64,000 nt of DNA, from NCBI GenBank assembly GCA_965215505.1, contig OZ244065.1, positions 5,248,001 to 5,312,000 on the forward strand, in the 5' to 3' direction. Below are positions 41,119 through 51,379 of the stretch, in pieces. The notes below the pieces were generated by a model. It worked only from the letters and a program-made list of their open reading frames with translations, did no database searches and was not told the origin of the DNA. The stretch is from Capsulimonadaceae bacterium (GTDB lineage: Bacteria; Armatimonadota; Armatimonadia; Armatimonadales; Capsulimonadaceae). Made by a program: the position numbers and the translations under genes. How positions within the stretch are numbered: the stretch's first letter is position 1; each line of letters opens with the position of its first letter.

Positions 41119-41887
41119 GGTCTAGGTTCAGTTCATGGTCCCGCGACAGGACGCACTTGCCGATGACGGGCACCTGCTGGCTCCCCGCCGTCATCTCGCT
41201 GGTCTGGGTGCCGCGCAGGGACGAGTAGTAGGCGCTGACGAGGCGGACTTCCAGTTGGTAGGGGAACTGTTGCGCGCCGGACGAGTCGGCGGGCCGCTGG
41301 AACTGGACGGCGCCGGCCGAGGCCGGGCTGAGGCTGGCGAGCAGCGCCCTGCCGACCGGCTGCCCCAACTCCGCCCCACTCAGCCAGAGATAGCCGCCGG
41401 ATGCGGCGTTAGGAGTGCCGTCGCTGTTCGCGCGGTAGATCCATAAGACGCTGGCGGGCGAGGACGTTGCGGAGCGGTCGTAGGCGGGGGGCATGAGGAG
41501 ACTCCCGTTCCCGCCCGCCACCGAGGGGGAACCCGAGGCCGGGGAGACCAGCTCAACGCCCGTGTCCAGCAGGGAGCCGCCCGCAGTCGTCTGGAACGCG
41601 CCGGGCGCCTGCCCCCCCGGCGAGGTCCACCAGGCGTCCTCCGGCAGAGCCAGCCAGTGTGCCTCTTCGACGTCTCTGGCGATGTGCTGCACCGCGTTGG
41701 CCGCGTCGGTCGTGGCGTAACACGCGGCCCCGCTCTGGACGGTGATCTGCGCCGAGGCGACATAAAGGTCAACCGCCCCTAGGAAAAGCAGCAGCGTGAG
41801 CGAACCGCCGACGATGACCTCGACGAGCGTGAACCCTCGCCGCGCTCTCCCCTGCTGCCTTTTCCCCTGCTGTCTGTTCCTAGTCAT
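41060..41887 (-). CDS. Type IV minor pilin (PilW-like)
   Basis: RRG|FTLVEVIV class III signal peptide. Confidence 0.8.
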   Translation of the reverse strand: MTRNRQQGKRQQGRARRGFTLVEVIVGGSLTLLLFLGAVDLYVASAQITVQSGAACYATTDAANAVQHIARDVEEAHWLALPEDAWWTSPGGQAPGAFQTTAGGSLLDTGVELVSPASGSPSVAGGNGSLLMPPAYDRSATSSPASVLWIYRANSDGTPNAASGGYLWLSGAELGQPVGRALLASLSPASAGAVQFQRPADSSGAQQFPYQLEVRLVSAYYSSLRGTQTSEMTAGSQQVPVIGKCVLSRDHELNLDHEPNPTPTYGATNTPLRSD

Positions 41888-41912
41888 GTTCTCGCTGCTC
41901 CCTCGCACCCGG

Positions 41913-42446
41913 TCAGGAGTGCGGCATCTGGATGACCAGGCCGGTGAGGCTGTAACCGCCTGCGGCGGCCGCACCCGCAGGCCAGTGCAGGGCCACCGTC
42001 ACGCTGTCCACCGTGCCTGCCGGGACGGTCGCGTTCAGCGAGGCGTAGTCGGTGACGGTCAGTGTGGCCGTTGTCCCCTGGAGGAACACCCCCTGCCCGC
42101 TGGAATCCGCCAGCAGGCGGTCGCAGGCGGTGAAGTTCGCCGTGTAGGGCACCCCGAGACTCGTACTCGTGCCCGCATCAATGATGCCGAGCGAGGCCAG
42201 TGTCGCCGGGCTTTGCAGCGCTTGGAAGCCGGCCCCGCGAATCTGCATCAGTTTATGCTGCGCCAGGGCCGACGCCTGCGCGTAGTGGCCGCTCACGCGC
42301 GCCGACAGCAATGTCATGGGTAGCACAGCGGCGAAGAGCAGGCCCATCATCACGAAGATGCCCAGCGCGAACACCGCCTCGAAGAGCGTGAATCCGCGCC
42401 CGGAAGCATCGCGAGACCTGTGCGGTGTTCGTGTGATTGTTCTCAT
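41913..42446 (-). CDS. Type IV minor pilin (PilV-like)
   Basis: GRG|FTLFEAVFAL; ASALAQHKLMQIR; VTVALHW. Confidence 0.8.
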   Translation of the reverse strand: MRTITRTPHRSRDASGRGFTLFEAVFALGIFVMMGLLFAAVLPMTLLSARVSGHYAQASALAQHKLMQIRGAGFQALQSPATLASLGIIDAGTSTSLGVPYTANFTACDRLLADSSGQGVFLQGTTATLTVTDYASLNATVPAGTVDSVTVALHWPAGAAAAGGYSLTGLVIQMPHS

Positions 42447-42455
42447 CCATCATCA

Positions 42456-42543
42456 TTATCGCGCCTCGGCGCGGTTTCTTTAGGGCTGCCGGCTTGCTGG
42501 AGTGCCCGAATGCTCTACAGTGGCCCGGCATTTTTGCCGATAC
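42456..42543. promoter_or_regulatory. Divergent sigma-28-like promoters
   Basis: Minus strand TAAA-N15-CGCGATAA (42482-42456); plus strand TACA-N16-GCCGATAC (42516-42543). Confidence 0.5.
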
Positions 42544-42574
42544 TCTCACGAGACGCATGGCACCCCCGGTCGCG

Positions 42575-42623
42575 GAAAGTTGGTGCAGAAGTTAATGCAG
42601 AAAGTTGATGCAGGAAGTCAATG
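42575..42623 (+). repeat. Imperfect 12-13-bp tandem repeat (3.5 copies) before the kinase start
   Basis: AAAGTTGGTGCAG / AAGTTAATGCAG / AAAGTTGATGCAG / GAAGTCAATG. Confidence 0.75.
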
Positions 42624-45600
42624 ACGAGCGATACCCCTGACGCTTCCAAAGAGGCCTACCGCCTGAACGCGCTCTGCCAACTCCAGATCCTAGACAGCGC
42701 GCGGGAGCAGGAGTATGATGACCTGGTCGAGATCGCCGCCGCCATCTGCGGGACGCCCGTCGCTCTGATCACGCTGCTGGACGAGAACCGCCAGTGGTTC
42801 AAAGCCAGCGTCGGCGTGTCCATGACGCAGACGGCGCGGAGCGACTCCTTCTGTAACCACGCGATCTCCCAGACCGAGCTGTTCGTCGTCCCCGACCTCG
42901 CCGCCGACGCGCGCTTCGCAGGAAACCCGTTCGTCGCCGGCGAGCCGCATGTACGCTTTTACGCCGGGATGCCGCTGATCACCCCGGAAGGCCACGCGTT
43001 GGGGACGCTCTGCGTCCTCGACGTCGTTCCTCGCGAACTGACCCCGACGCAGAAACGCACCTTACAGGCCCTGGGCCGTCAGGTGATCAGCCTGCTGGAA
43101 CTGCGGCGCAGCGTTGTACGCATGGAACGGAACATGGCCGAGCGCGCGCATGTGCAGGCCGCCCTCCGGGAAAGCGAGGCGCGGCTGCGTGAAACCGACG
43201 CGGCCCTCCAGTTCGCCTGCAAAGCGGGGCGGATAGGCCTCTGGGAGAGCAATCTGGAATCGGGCAAGACGACTTGGTCCGCCGGCAATGCGCGGCTGTT
43301 CGGGATGGAATTGGAAGACTTCGACGGTTCCCCGGAGATGACGCTCGGGCGCGTCCATCCCGATGACCGTGCCCTCCTTAAGCGCGAAAGCGCTCTCGCG
43401 GTCCTGAACCTCACGCCCTTGAAACTGGAACTGCGCGCGCTGCACCCGGACGGGACCATCCGCTGGATTCTGCTCAGCGCGGAGGTCGTCACGGATGAGT
43501 CCGGACGCCCCCTTCGGTTGAGCGGTTCGGCAACGGACATCACCGAGCGCAGGGAAGCGGAGGAAGCGCGCGGGCGGAGCGAGGAGTGGCTGCGGACGGT
43601 GGTCGCGGGGGCACCGCTGGTCCTGTTCTCTCTGGATGCCGCCGGGAGGTTTACGGTCTCTGAGGGGAAGGGCCTGGAGCGGATCGGGATGCTGTCCGGA
43701 CAAGTAGTGGGGCAATCCGCTTACGATTTGTATGCCGGTTTCCCGGAAGTTCTGGGGCATCTGGAGCGCGCCTACGACGGCGAGGCATTCAATGTGCGGG
43801 CAGACATTGGTGCCCTGACGTTTGAAACCTGGTACTCCCCGGTGTTCGGAGAGGACGGCCACGTCGCCGGCGTGATCGGCGTTGCGTGTGACATCACCGA
43901 AAGCCGTAATGCCGAGCGAATGCTGCGTAACAGCGAGGCCCGGTTCCAGGCATTCATGGATAACAGCCCGACGATGGCTTATGTCAAAGACGATGAAGGC
44001 CGCTATGTGTACTGCAATGACGCTTTCGATCGTCTGCATCAGTTGCCTTCGGGCGAGTGCCTCGGGAAAACGGCCCTGGATCTATGGCCCGGTGCCGTGG
44101 GGGAAAAACTGCACACGGACACGCTGGACACGCTGGCCCAGGACCGCCTCACCGAGACCGTCGCCGTGATCCCGAGGCGCGGGGGCGGTTCCCAGCACCT
44201 GCTGACGTTCCGGTTCACCTTCCAGGACAGCGCCGGATCGGCATTCGTGGGGTGTATCGCGGTGGATGTCTCCGAGCAGGTGCGGGCAGAGAGGCAGTGG
44301 GAGGACACGCAGCAGCAGTTGGAAGAGACGCTGTCGCAGTTGAACGCCATCCTGGAAGCGACGGTGGATGGCCTTTTGGTCCTCGGCAACCAGGGCAGCC
44401 AGACGCGGGTCTTGCGCGCCAGTGGCACCTTCGATGAGATGTGGCACATCCCGGAAGAACTGACCGGGGGCAAGGACGCCGCCGGGCATCTTGCGTTTGT
44501 CGCCGGTCAGGTCACTGACCCCGATGCCTTCAGAGCCAGGGCGTTTTATCTGAACACGCACTTTGAAGAGGCCAGCTTTGACACCCTGAACCTCAAGGAC
44601 GGGCGAATTTTCGAGCGGTATTCGCGTCCGCTGCTCATCCAGGGGGCCTTCGCGGGGCGCGTCTATAGTTTCCGGGACGTCACCCAGCAGGAGCAGAGCC
44701 GGCAGGACCTGATCCGCGCGAAGAACCACGCGCTGGCCTCCGCCCAGGCCAAATCCGAGTTCCTCGCCAACATGAGCCATGAGATACGCACGCCGATGAA
44801 CGGCATCCTAGGCATGACCGACCTTCTGCTGGCGACGCCGCTGCTGCCGCAGCAGAGGCACCAAGCCGTGACCGTCAAGAACAGCGCCAACAGCCTGCTG
44901 ACGATCGTGAACGACATCCTCGACTTCAGCAAGATTGAGGCCGGCAAGCTGATTCTAGAGGCGGTGCCGTTCAGCATCCCCCAGGTTATGCGGGAAGTGA
45001 AAGACCTCCTCGGCCCGCGCGCGGAAGAAAAGAACGTCGCCCTCCTCTGCTCCCTGCCGCCGGACTTCCCGTCGGCCGTGTGCGGCGATGCGGCGCGGCT
45101 GCGCCAGATACTCACGAATCTGGTCGGCAACGCCCTGAAGTTCACCGAGCGCGGCCAGGTGGTCATGGAGGCGCGCGTGCTGCGGGAGACACCCACCCAC
45201 GTCGAGTTCCGTCTGTCCGTGCGCGACACCGGAATCGGCATCGCCAAAGACCGGCAGACGGCCATCTTCGACAGTTTCACACAGGAGGACGGCAGCATCA
45301 CCCGCCGCTACGGCGGGACCGGGCTGGGCCTGGCGATCTGCCTGCGGCTGACGGACCTCATGGCGGGGCGCATCGGGCTGGAAAGCGAACCCGGATGGGG
45401 CAGCGAGTTCTGGCTGACCGTGACTTTGGAAAAGACGACCGCAGTGCTGGACGAAGCGGCGGCCGCCCCTTCGACCGAAACGGAGCCGCTGGGGCTGCGC
45501 GTCCTGTTGGTGGAGGACAACATCATCAACCAGGAAGTGGCCTGCGGCTTCCTGGAGATGTGGGGCTGTATCGTGGATGTCGCCGACAACGGCTGGAAGG

Positions 45601-46322
45601 CCTGCCTGGCCGTCCGCGCGAAGACGTATGACTTGGCCTTGATGGACGTCCAGATGCCCGAGATGGATGGCCGCCAGGCGACCGCGGATATCCGTGGGCG
45701 CGAGCGCGGGACGGCGCGGCGCCTGCCGATCATCGCCATGACGGCCCACAACATGCAGGGCGACCGCGAACAGTGCCTCGCCTGCGGCATGGACGACTAC
45801 GTCTCCAAGCCGGTCGACCCGAAACAACTGCTGGCCGCCCTCAAGCGCTGGGGCGGCCCCGCCCTGGGCGGGGCGGTCCCGCCTGCCCCGGAAGTTCCGC
45901 CCGCCCCGACAGTCATTCCGGCTCCGGAGCCTCCGCCGGCCCCGGAAAGGCTGCCGGAAGGCCTGCCGGTGCTGGACATCGAGCGCCTGCACAAGAGCTG
46001 TGCGGGCAAAGCGAAGCTGGAACGGAGGATCATGACGGAGACCCTGCGGCTGACCCCGCAGATCCTGGACCGTCTGCGCGCGGCGGTCGGCGCGGCGGAC
46101 GCCGACCCGACCCGGTTCGAGGCACACACCCTCAAAGGCAGCAGCCGCACCCTCGGCGCGGAGGCGCTGGGGAACGCCGCGTCCCTCCTGGAAGAGGCAG
46201 CAAAGGCGGGCGATCTGGCCGACGCGCCCGCACTGCTGGGCCGGATACAGGCGGACTGGACGGCACTGAGCGCGCGTCTCGAGGATTGCCTGACCCGCGA
46301 ACCCTGGAAAGACGCCCTATGA
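42621..46322 (+). CDS. Cytoplasmic hybrid sensor histidine kinase (GAF-PASx4-HisKA-HATPase-REC-HPt)
   Basis: RFYAGMPL (GAF), VHPDDR (PAS), [47 protein letters not shown]; no TM helices seen. Confidence 0.93.
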   Translation: MTSDTPDASKEAYRLNALCQLQILDSAREQEYDDLVEIAAAICGTPVALITLLDENRQWFKASVGVSMTQTARSDSFCNHAISQTELFVVPDLAADARFAGNPFVAGEPHVRFYAGMPLITPEGHALGTLCVLDVVPRELTPTQKRTLQALGRQVISLLELRRSVVRMERNMAERAHVQAALRESEARLRETDAALQFACKAGRIGLWESNLESGKTTWSAGNARLFGMELEDFDGSPEMTLGRVHPDDRALLKRESALAVLNLTPLKLELRALHPDGTIRWILLSAEVVTDESGRPLRLSGSATDITERREAEEARGRSEEWLRTVVAGAPLVLFSLDAAGRFTVSEGKGLERIGMLSGQVVGQSAYDLYAGFPEVLGHLERAYDGEAFNVRADIGALTFETWYSPVFGEDGHVAGVIGVACDITESRNAERMLRNSEARFQAFMDNSPTMAYVKDDEGRYVYCNDAFDRLHQLPSGECLGKTALDLWPGAVGEKLHTDTLDTLAQDRLTETVAVIPRRGGGSQHLLTFRFTFQDSAGSAFVGCIAVDVSEQVRAERQWEDTQQQLEETLSQLNAILEATVDGLLVLGNQGSQTRVLRASGTFDEMWHIPEELTGGKDAAGHLAFVAGQVTDPDAFRARAFYLNTHFEEASFDTLNLKDGRIFERYSRPLLIQGAFAGRVYSFRDVTQQEQSRQDLIRAKNHALASAQAKSEFLANMSHEIRTPMNGILGMTDLLLATPLLPQQRHQAVTVKNSANSLLTIVNDILDFSKIEAGKLILEAVPFSIPQVMREVKDLLGPRAEEKNVALLCSLPPDFPSAVCGDAARLRQILTNLVGNALKFTERGQVVMEARVLRETPTHVEFRLSVRDTGIGIAKDRQTAIFDSFTQEDGSITRRYGGTGLGLAICLRLTDLMAGRIGLESEPGWGSEFWLTVTLEKTTAVLDEAAAAPSTETEPLGLRVLLVEDNIINQEVACGFLEMWGCIVDVADNGWKACLAVRAKTYDLALMDVQMPEMDGRQATADIRGRERGTARRLPIIAMTAHNMQGDREQCLACGMDDYVSKPVDPKQLLAALKRWGGPALGGAVPPAPEVPPAPTVIPAPEPPPAPERLPEGLPVLDIERLHKSCAGKAKLERRIMTETLRLTPQILDRLRAAVGAADADPTRFEAHTLKGSSRTLGAEALGNAASLLEEAAKAGDLADAPALLGRIQADWTALSARLEDCLTREPWKDAL

Positions 46323-48454
46323 ACATACTCGTCGTCGAAGATGATCCCATCTCGGGGCTGGTGCTTACGACGGCATTGGAGGACCTCGGACACGTCATCA
46401 CCCTGCGCGGGAATGGGCAGGAGGCATGGTCTCTGCTCCAGTCAGACCACTTCGCCGTGGTCATCTCCGACTGGATGATGCCCCAGATGGACGGCCTGGA
46501 ACTGTGCCGCCACGTCCGGGGCCAGGCCGATTTCACCTACTTCATCCTGCTGACCGTCAAAGGCCTGCCTGAAGAGCGCCTGGAGGCGCTGGAGGCCGGC
46601 GCGGACGACTTCCTAATCAAGCCGCTCGACCCCGCCGAACTCGTGGCGCGCATGGAGGTAGCCCGGCGCATCCTGGCTTTGAAGGCGGAACTGAAGGTGA
46701 AGGCCGCGCCCGGCCCGATGCAGCGCCAGAACGTGGACCTCGGCGATGTCTTGGTTTCGCGCGGGGTCCTGAGCCGCTTACAGCTCGCACAGCTCGTGGA
46801 GCAGGAGCTGATCCCGCCGGCACAACTGGCGGCGGCCATCCTGGAACGAGGCTGGGTGGACGAAGAAAATATCACCCAGGCGCGCAGCCTGGTGATGGAC
46901 GTCCCCTATGTGGCGCTGGACGCGGAAACCATGGATCCCTTCGTCCTGTCGCTCGTCCCACATGAGATCGCGCAGTTTTATAAGCTGGTGCCGCTGTCGC
47001 TGATGGACGATGACCGGAAGCGGCTCCGGGTGGCGATGGCAAACCCCTGGAACATCGAAGCCATTGACTGGGTGCAGCGCGAGACGCGCCGCCCGGTCGA
47101 GCCGCTGCTCGCCAGCGACACGGCCATCGGGCGCGCGCTGAAGCGGGCCTACCAGGACGTCCAGGACGTGGTCCACGATGCGGTCATGAACAATGCCCTG
47201 TCGCAGGCCACCGTCGAGACGGTTTCCAAGGGCAACCTGATCGACACGGTGGACGCGCGCGAGCTGCTCCGCCAGAGTGACCAGGCCCCCATCATCCGGT
47301 TTGTCAACACGATGCTGGCCGATGCCGTCCATCGCGGGGCCTCCGACGTCCACATCGAGCCGGGCAAAGACGATTTTCAGATATTTTACCGGGTGGACGG
47401 GAAACTCCACCGCGTCCGCACCGTGACCGGGTCCTTCCTCGCCCCGGTGACCTCCCGGATGAAACTCATGGCCGAGATGGACATCGCCGAACGGCGGCTG
47501 CCCCAGGACGGACACGTCGCCCTGCGTATCGCCGAGAAAGTCGTGGACATGCGCCTTTCCACCCTGCCGACACAGTTCGGCGAGCGCGTGGTCATCCGCG
47601 TCCTGGACCGCTCGGTCGCCTGCCTCCAGCTCGAACAGCTCGGCCTGGCCCCGAACAACAAGCGTGCCGTGGCCCAGCTCATCCATAAGCCCCACGGCAT
47701 CGTCCTCGTCACCGGTCCGACCGGGAGCGGCAAAACGACCACGCTGTATGCCGCCCTGAACGCGCTGATCCAAGAGAGCCGGACCGGCCTGGGCCGCAAG
47801 AACATCCTGACCTGTGAGGACCCGATCGAGTACCAGATCGACGGCATCAGCCAGTCCAACGTCAACGAGCGGGCCGGGCTGACTTTCGCGCGCCAACTCC
47901 GCGCCATCCTGCGTCAAGATCCGGACGTCATCCTGATCGGGGAGATCCGGGACGCCGAGACGGCCGACATCGCCTTCCGCGCCGCCATGACCGGCCACCT
48001 GGTTCTGTCCACGCTGCACTGCAATGAGGCCGCCGGGGCCGTCAGCCGCCTGATGGATCTCGGCGTGGCTCCCTACCTGATCGCCTCATCACTCGCCGGC
48101 GTGGTCGCGCAGCGGCTCGTCCCGCGACTCTGCCTGCACTGCCGCCGCGCCTACACGCCGCCGCCCGACGAGCTGGCCGTGTTCGCCGCGCCGCCCGAGC
48201 GCCTCTACGCGCCCGTCGGCTGCGGCCAATGCCATGAGATAGGTCTGAAAGGGCGGATCGCGATCCACGAGGTCATGGTGTGCGACGACGACATCCAGGA
48301 GAGGATCATGGCCCACGAGGACACGCGCCTCATCCGCTCGGCGGCCCTGTCCGCAGGCATGACTCTGATGGTCAGCGACGGCCTGGAGAAAGTCAGCCAG
48401 GGCCTCGTGCAGCTCGAAGACGTCCTATGGCGGACAGGCCGCCTGGAAAAATGA
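46319..48454 (+). CDS. REC-domain-fused PilB/GspE family assembly ATPase
   Basis: ATGA overlap with the kinase; REC (VVEDD, SDWMMP, LLT, KP); [41 protein letters not shown], CxxC...CxxC. Confidence 0.92.
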   Translation: MNILVVEDDPISGLVLTTALEDLGHVITLRGNGQEAWSLLQSDHFAVVISDWMMPQMDGLELCRHVRGQADFTYFILLTVKGLPEERLEALEAGADDFLIKPLDPAELVARMEVARRILALKAELKVKAAPGPMQRQNVDLGDVLVSRGVLSRLQLAQLVEQELIPPAQLAAAILERGWVDEENITQARSLVMDVPYVALDAETMDPFVLSLVPHEIAQFYKLVPLSLMDDDRKRLRVAMANPWNIEAIDWVQRETRRPVEPLLASDTAIGRALKRAYQDVQDVVHDAVMNNALSQATVETVSKGNLIDTVDARELLRQSDQAPIIRFVNTMLADAVHRGASDVHIEPGKDDFQIFYRVDGKLHRVRTVTGSFLAPVTSRMKLMAEMDIAERRLPQDGHVALRIAEKVVDMRLSTLPTQFGERVVIRVLDRSVACLQLEQLGLAPNNKRAVAQLIHKPHGIVLVTGPTGSGKTTTLYAALNALIQESRTGLGRKNILTCEDPIEYQIDGISQSNVNERAGLTFARQLRAILRQDPDVILIGEIRDAETADIAFRAAMTGHLVLSTLHCNEAAGAVSRLMDLGVAPYLIASSLAGVVAQRLVPRLCLHCRRAYTPPPDELAVFAAPPERLYAPVGCGQCHEIGLKGRIAIHEVMVCDDDIQERIMAHEDTRLIRSAALSAGMTLMVSDGLEKVSQGLVQLEDVLWRTGRLEK

Positions 48455-48498
48455 CCGGGCGGCGTACCACCCGGTCATCCCCTCACCTAATCATCCCC

Positions 48499-49932
48499 TC
48501 ACCCAATCGTGTCTTCGCGCATCGTCACCGGGACGTCCGCGCCGCCGACGCGCTGGACGCCCTCGGCGTGTTCGCCCTCGCGGTACTCCCACATCGAGAC
48601 GATGGGGATGAACTTCGTCAGCAACGTGTACAGGAACCCGAACAGCCCGTAAGCCCCGACCGTGATCACGAGGTCCGGCCAGGCCGGCGTGTAGTTGCCC
48701 CAGGTCAACCGGTTCCGCGCGACGCTCGGCACGACCACCAGGATGCGCTCGGAGAACATGGCGATGTTGACCGCGACGCCGACGCCGAGCATCGCCCAGG
48801 GCGACCGCCGGACCTGCTTGAACAGCAGCGCGACCACCGGGACCAGGACCGCGAAGATCGGCAGCAGGATTAGCACCCACTTGTAGCCGTCGAATAGGAA
48901 GTGGACGTAGTTCTCGTGGTCCGGGTCGCGCGAGAACCAGTCCGACCAGACATCGCCGCCGAAGAAGTACGACCAGAACAGCGCGATGAACAGCAGGATC
49001 TTCCCGATGTTGTCGAAGTGCATCGGCAGGATGTACTGCTCCAGGTGGAACACCCAGCGCAGCAGGCACATGACCACGCACACCGCACCCGCTCCGGACA
49101 GCAGAGCGCCGCAGACGAAGTAGGGCGCGAAGATGTTGGAGTGCCACCCCGGCACGATGCTCATGCCGAAGTCCCAGCCGACGATGGTGTGTAGCGAGAC
49201 GAAGACAGGGATGATCATCACCGTCAGGATGCCGAACAGCACCTTCAGCCGCCGCCACTCCCGGTCGGTCCCGCGCCAGCCCAGAGCCAGGACCGTGTAA
49301 AGGGCGTTCCGCCAGCCGAAAGTCCGCTCGCGCAATGTCGCGAAGTCCGGGACGATCCCCGAGAACCAGAAAATGACGCTCGTAATCAAGTAGACGCCGA
49401 TGGCCGTCGCATCCCAGATCAGCGGGCTTTTGTAGTCCGGCCATAGCTGCCGCTCGTTCGGGAACGGGATGAAGTAGTAGAACAGCCAGTTCCGCCCGAT
49501 GTGCAGCAGCGGGAAGACGCCCGCCACGGCCAGCGCGCAGACGGTCAGAGTCTCCGCCAGCCGCGTCAAGGACCGCCGCCACCCCGCGTGGAGCAGCCGC
49601 AGGATCGCCGAGATCATCGTCCCGGACAGCGCGACGCCCGCCCAGAAGATGAAGTTCGCGATGTCCAGGCCCCAGTAGACCGGCCGGTCCATGCCCCAGA
49701 CGCCCATGCCCTGATAGAGCTGCCAGCCGAACGTCAGCACCGCCGCCCCGAGGATCGAGGCGAAGAAGCCCAGCACGGCCCACCAGCGCCAGTTCGTCTG
49801 GAGGACCGAGTTCGTCAGGTCCGAGTTCACCTGGGCGGCGGGCGGCACGGGCAGGTGGACCGCCGCCGTGTCCCGGAGCGGGATGTCTTGTGTCGTTAAA
49901 ACGCGGTCGATGTCACGTTCCAGCAGTCCCAT
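48499..49932 (-). CDS. actC: Alternative complex III quinol-binding NrfD-family subunit
   Basis: WGLDIANFIFW, RLAE, LHIGRNW, PNERQLWP, SPLIWD, SLHTIVGWDF, PGWHS. Confidence 0.88.
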   Translation of the reverse strand: MGLLERDIDRVLTTQDIPLRDTAAVHLPVPPAAQVNSDLTNSVLQTNWRWWAVLGFFASILGAAVLTFGWQLYQGMGVWGMDRPVYWGLDIANFIFWAGVALSGTMISAILRLLHAGWRRSLTRLAETLTVCALAVAGVFPLLHIGRNWLFYYFIPFPNERQLWPDYKSPLIWDATAIGVYLITSVIFWFSGIVPDFATLRERTFGWRNALYTVLALGWRGTDREWRRLKVLFGILTVMIIPVFVSLHTIVGWDFGMSIVPGWHSNIFAPYFVCGALLSGAGAVCVVMCLLRWVFHLEQYILPMHFDNIGKILLFIALFWSYFFGGDVWSDWFSRDPDHENYVHFLFDGYKWVLILLPIFAVLVPVVALLFKQVRRSPWAMLGVGVAVNIAMFSERILVVVPSVARNRLTWGNYTPAWPDLVITVGAYGLFGFLYTLLTKFIPIVSMWEYREGEHAEGVQRVGGADVPVTMREDTIG

Positions 49933-49969
49933 ACGTTTTCTCTTCTAATTCTCGTTTAGTGATTGTCTT

Positions 49970-51376
49970 CTAGTTCTCCCACATGGGAGGGTCTTCCACC
50001 ATCACCGTGACCGTCGTGTTCCCCATGCGCCGCTCCGCCGTGCGCGTCCGCTCCTTGCTCGTGCCCCACCAGGACATGATCGGGAAGTAGCGCGCGCCGA
50101 TCAGGAACGTCAGCACGAACATGGCCGTGATGCCGAAGAAGACGACGATGGCCGGGCCGGTCGGCAGCAGCGGCTCCATCCCGTACTTCGGCGCGAACGT
50201 CGGCACCGTGTCCAGATACCGCTGGCAGGTGATCCCGGTCAGGACCAGGATGCTGATGCCGCAGAGCGCCCAGCGCCGCTTGCGGTTCCGGGGGAACAGG
50301 TTGCCGAAGATCGGCGCGGCCGAGCAGCCCACCACCATCAGCCCGACCAGGATGGGGAACGCGACCGTGCGGCTCTGCTGGAGGTTCCACTCGCTCGGGA
50401 TGTGCCCGTACCAGGCCGTCAGGAAGTCGCAGATGCGGAAGTACGTCCAGATGAGCGCCAGGCCCACCATGAACTTGCCCAGGTTGTCGTACTGCGAGTC
50501 GGTGAAAAACCCGCGCCCGCGCAGCAGCCGGTTCACGACCGTCATCAGCAGCACGGCCATCGCCACCGCCCCCAGCACCGAGCCGAGCGTGTACAGCGGC
50601 GCGAAGATGCTCGAATCCCAGTCCCGCGCGGCGGCCAGTTGGAAGTCCCAGCCGAGAACGGTCTGCGACCCGACGAAAGAAGCGACGACGCCGATGACCA
50701 TGACGCCCTCCGCCCGCCGCAGGATGCGCCACTGGTAATCCGCCCCGACCCACTTGACTTTCCCCCAGCGTGTCACGCGGTCATAGAGCTTTTTCTCCTT
50801 GGAGCCGTCCGGGGCGCGGTCGCGCAGCATGGCGAAGTCCGGCAGGGCGGTCAGGAACAGCAGGAACCAGCCCGCCAGGAAGGCCGTGCCGACCATGACG
50901 GCGTCCCAGCCGAGCGGCGTAGATACGCGCCACACGTTGTCCCGGTACTCGGCGGCTCCCAGGGCATAAATCTCCCGCCGCGCGATCAGCATCAGTGGCA
51001 GCAGCAGCGGCCCCCACAGCCCGAACAGCGATCCCATGTCCAGCAGGCGGTTCAGCGGGTAGCGCCACGAGGCGTGGGACAGCCGCAGGATGGCGGACAA
51101 GGCCACCATCCCCTGCGACAGCCCGATCCAGAACAGCAGTGAAACCAGCGAGACGTGCCAGAAGCCGGGGTCGTTGCGGTGACCGCCGAACCAGCCATAC
51201 CCGTAGATGATAAACCCGGCCAGGATGACCAGCGCGAAACACGACCAGGTCGTGATCCGCAGCTTCGTCAGCCGGGACTTGTGCGGGTCCTCAAGCACCA
51301 GCCGCAGCGGCTCATAGGCGTTCGCATCCAGGGCGACCCCGCGCGGCGAGTTCAGAATGCTTTCTTCGTCAAACAT
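49970..51376 (-). CDS. actF: Second NrfD-family membrane subunit (ActF-like)
   Basis: Paralogous to actC (FWIGLSQG..ALSAILRL, LGWDF) but lacks the HxGR quinol-site His. Confidence 0.7.
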   Translation of the reverse strand: MFDEESILNSPRGVALDANAYEPLRLVLEDPHKSRLTKLRITTWSCFALVILAGFIIYGYGWFGGHRNDPGFWHVSLVSLLFWIGLSQGMVALSAILRLSHASWRYPLNRLLDMGSLFGLWGPLLLPLMLIARREIYALGAAEYRDNVWRVSTPLGWDAVMVGTAFLAGWFLLFLTALPDFAMLRDRAPDGSKEKKLYDRVTRWGKVKWVGADYQWRILRRAEGVMVIGVVASFVGSQTVLGWDFQLAAARDWDSSIFAPLYTLGSVLGAVAMAVLLMTVVNRLLRGRGFFTDSQYDNLGKFMVGLALIWTYFRICDFLTAWYGHIPSEWNLQQSRTVAFPILVGLMVVGCSAAPIFGNLFPRNRKRRWALCGISILVLTGITCQRYLDTVPTFAPKYGMEPLLPTGPAIVVFFGITAMFVLTFLIGARYFPIMSWWGTSKERTRTAERRMGNTTVTVMVEDPPMWEN

Positions 51377-51379
51377 GGC

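Noticed and set aside
42558-42574. Sigma-54 promoter before the hybrid kinase (TGGCACCCCCGGTCGC)
   Set aside because: GG-to-GC spacing is one base too long
42575-42623. Possible mini-CRISPR
   Set aside because: Units are 12-13 bp with no spacers and no cas genes; no CRISPR array was seen anywhere in the window
45773-46318. 5' extension of the REC-ATPase ORF
   Set aside because: Overlaps the kinase in another frame; the REC domain starts at the ATGA overlap
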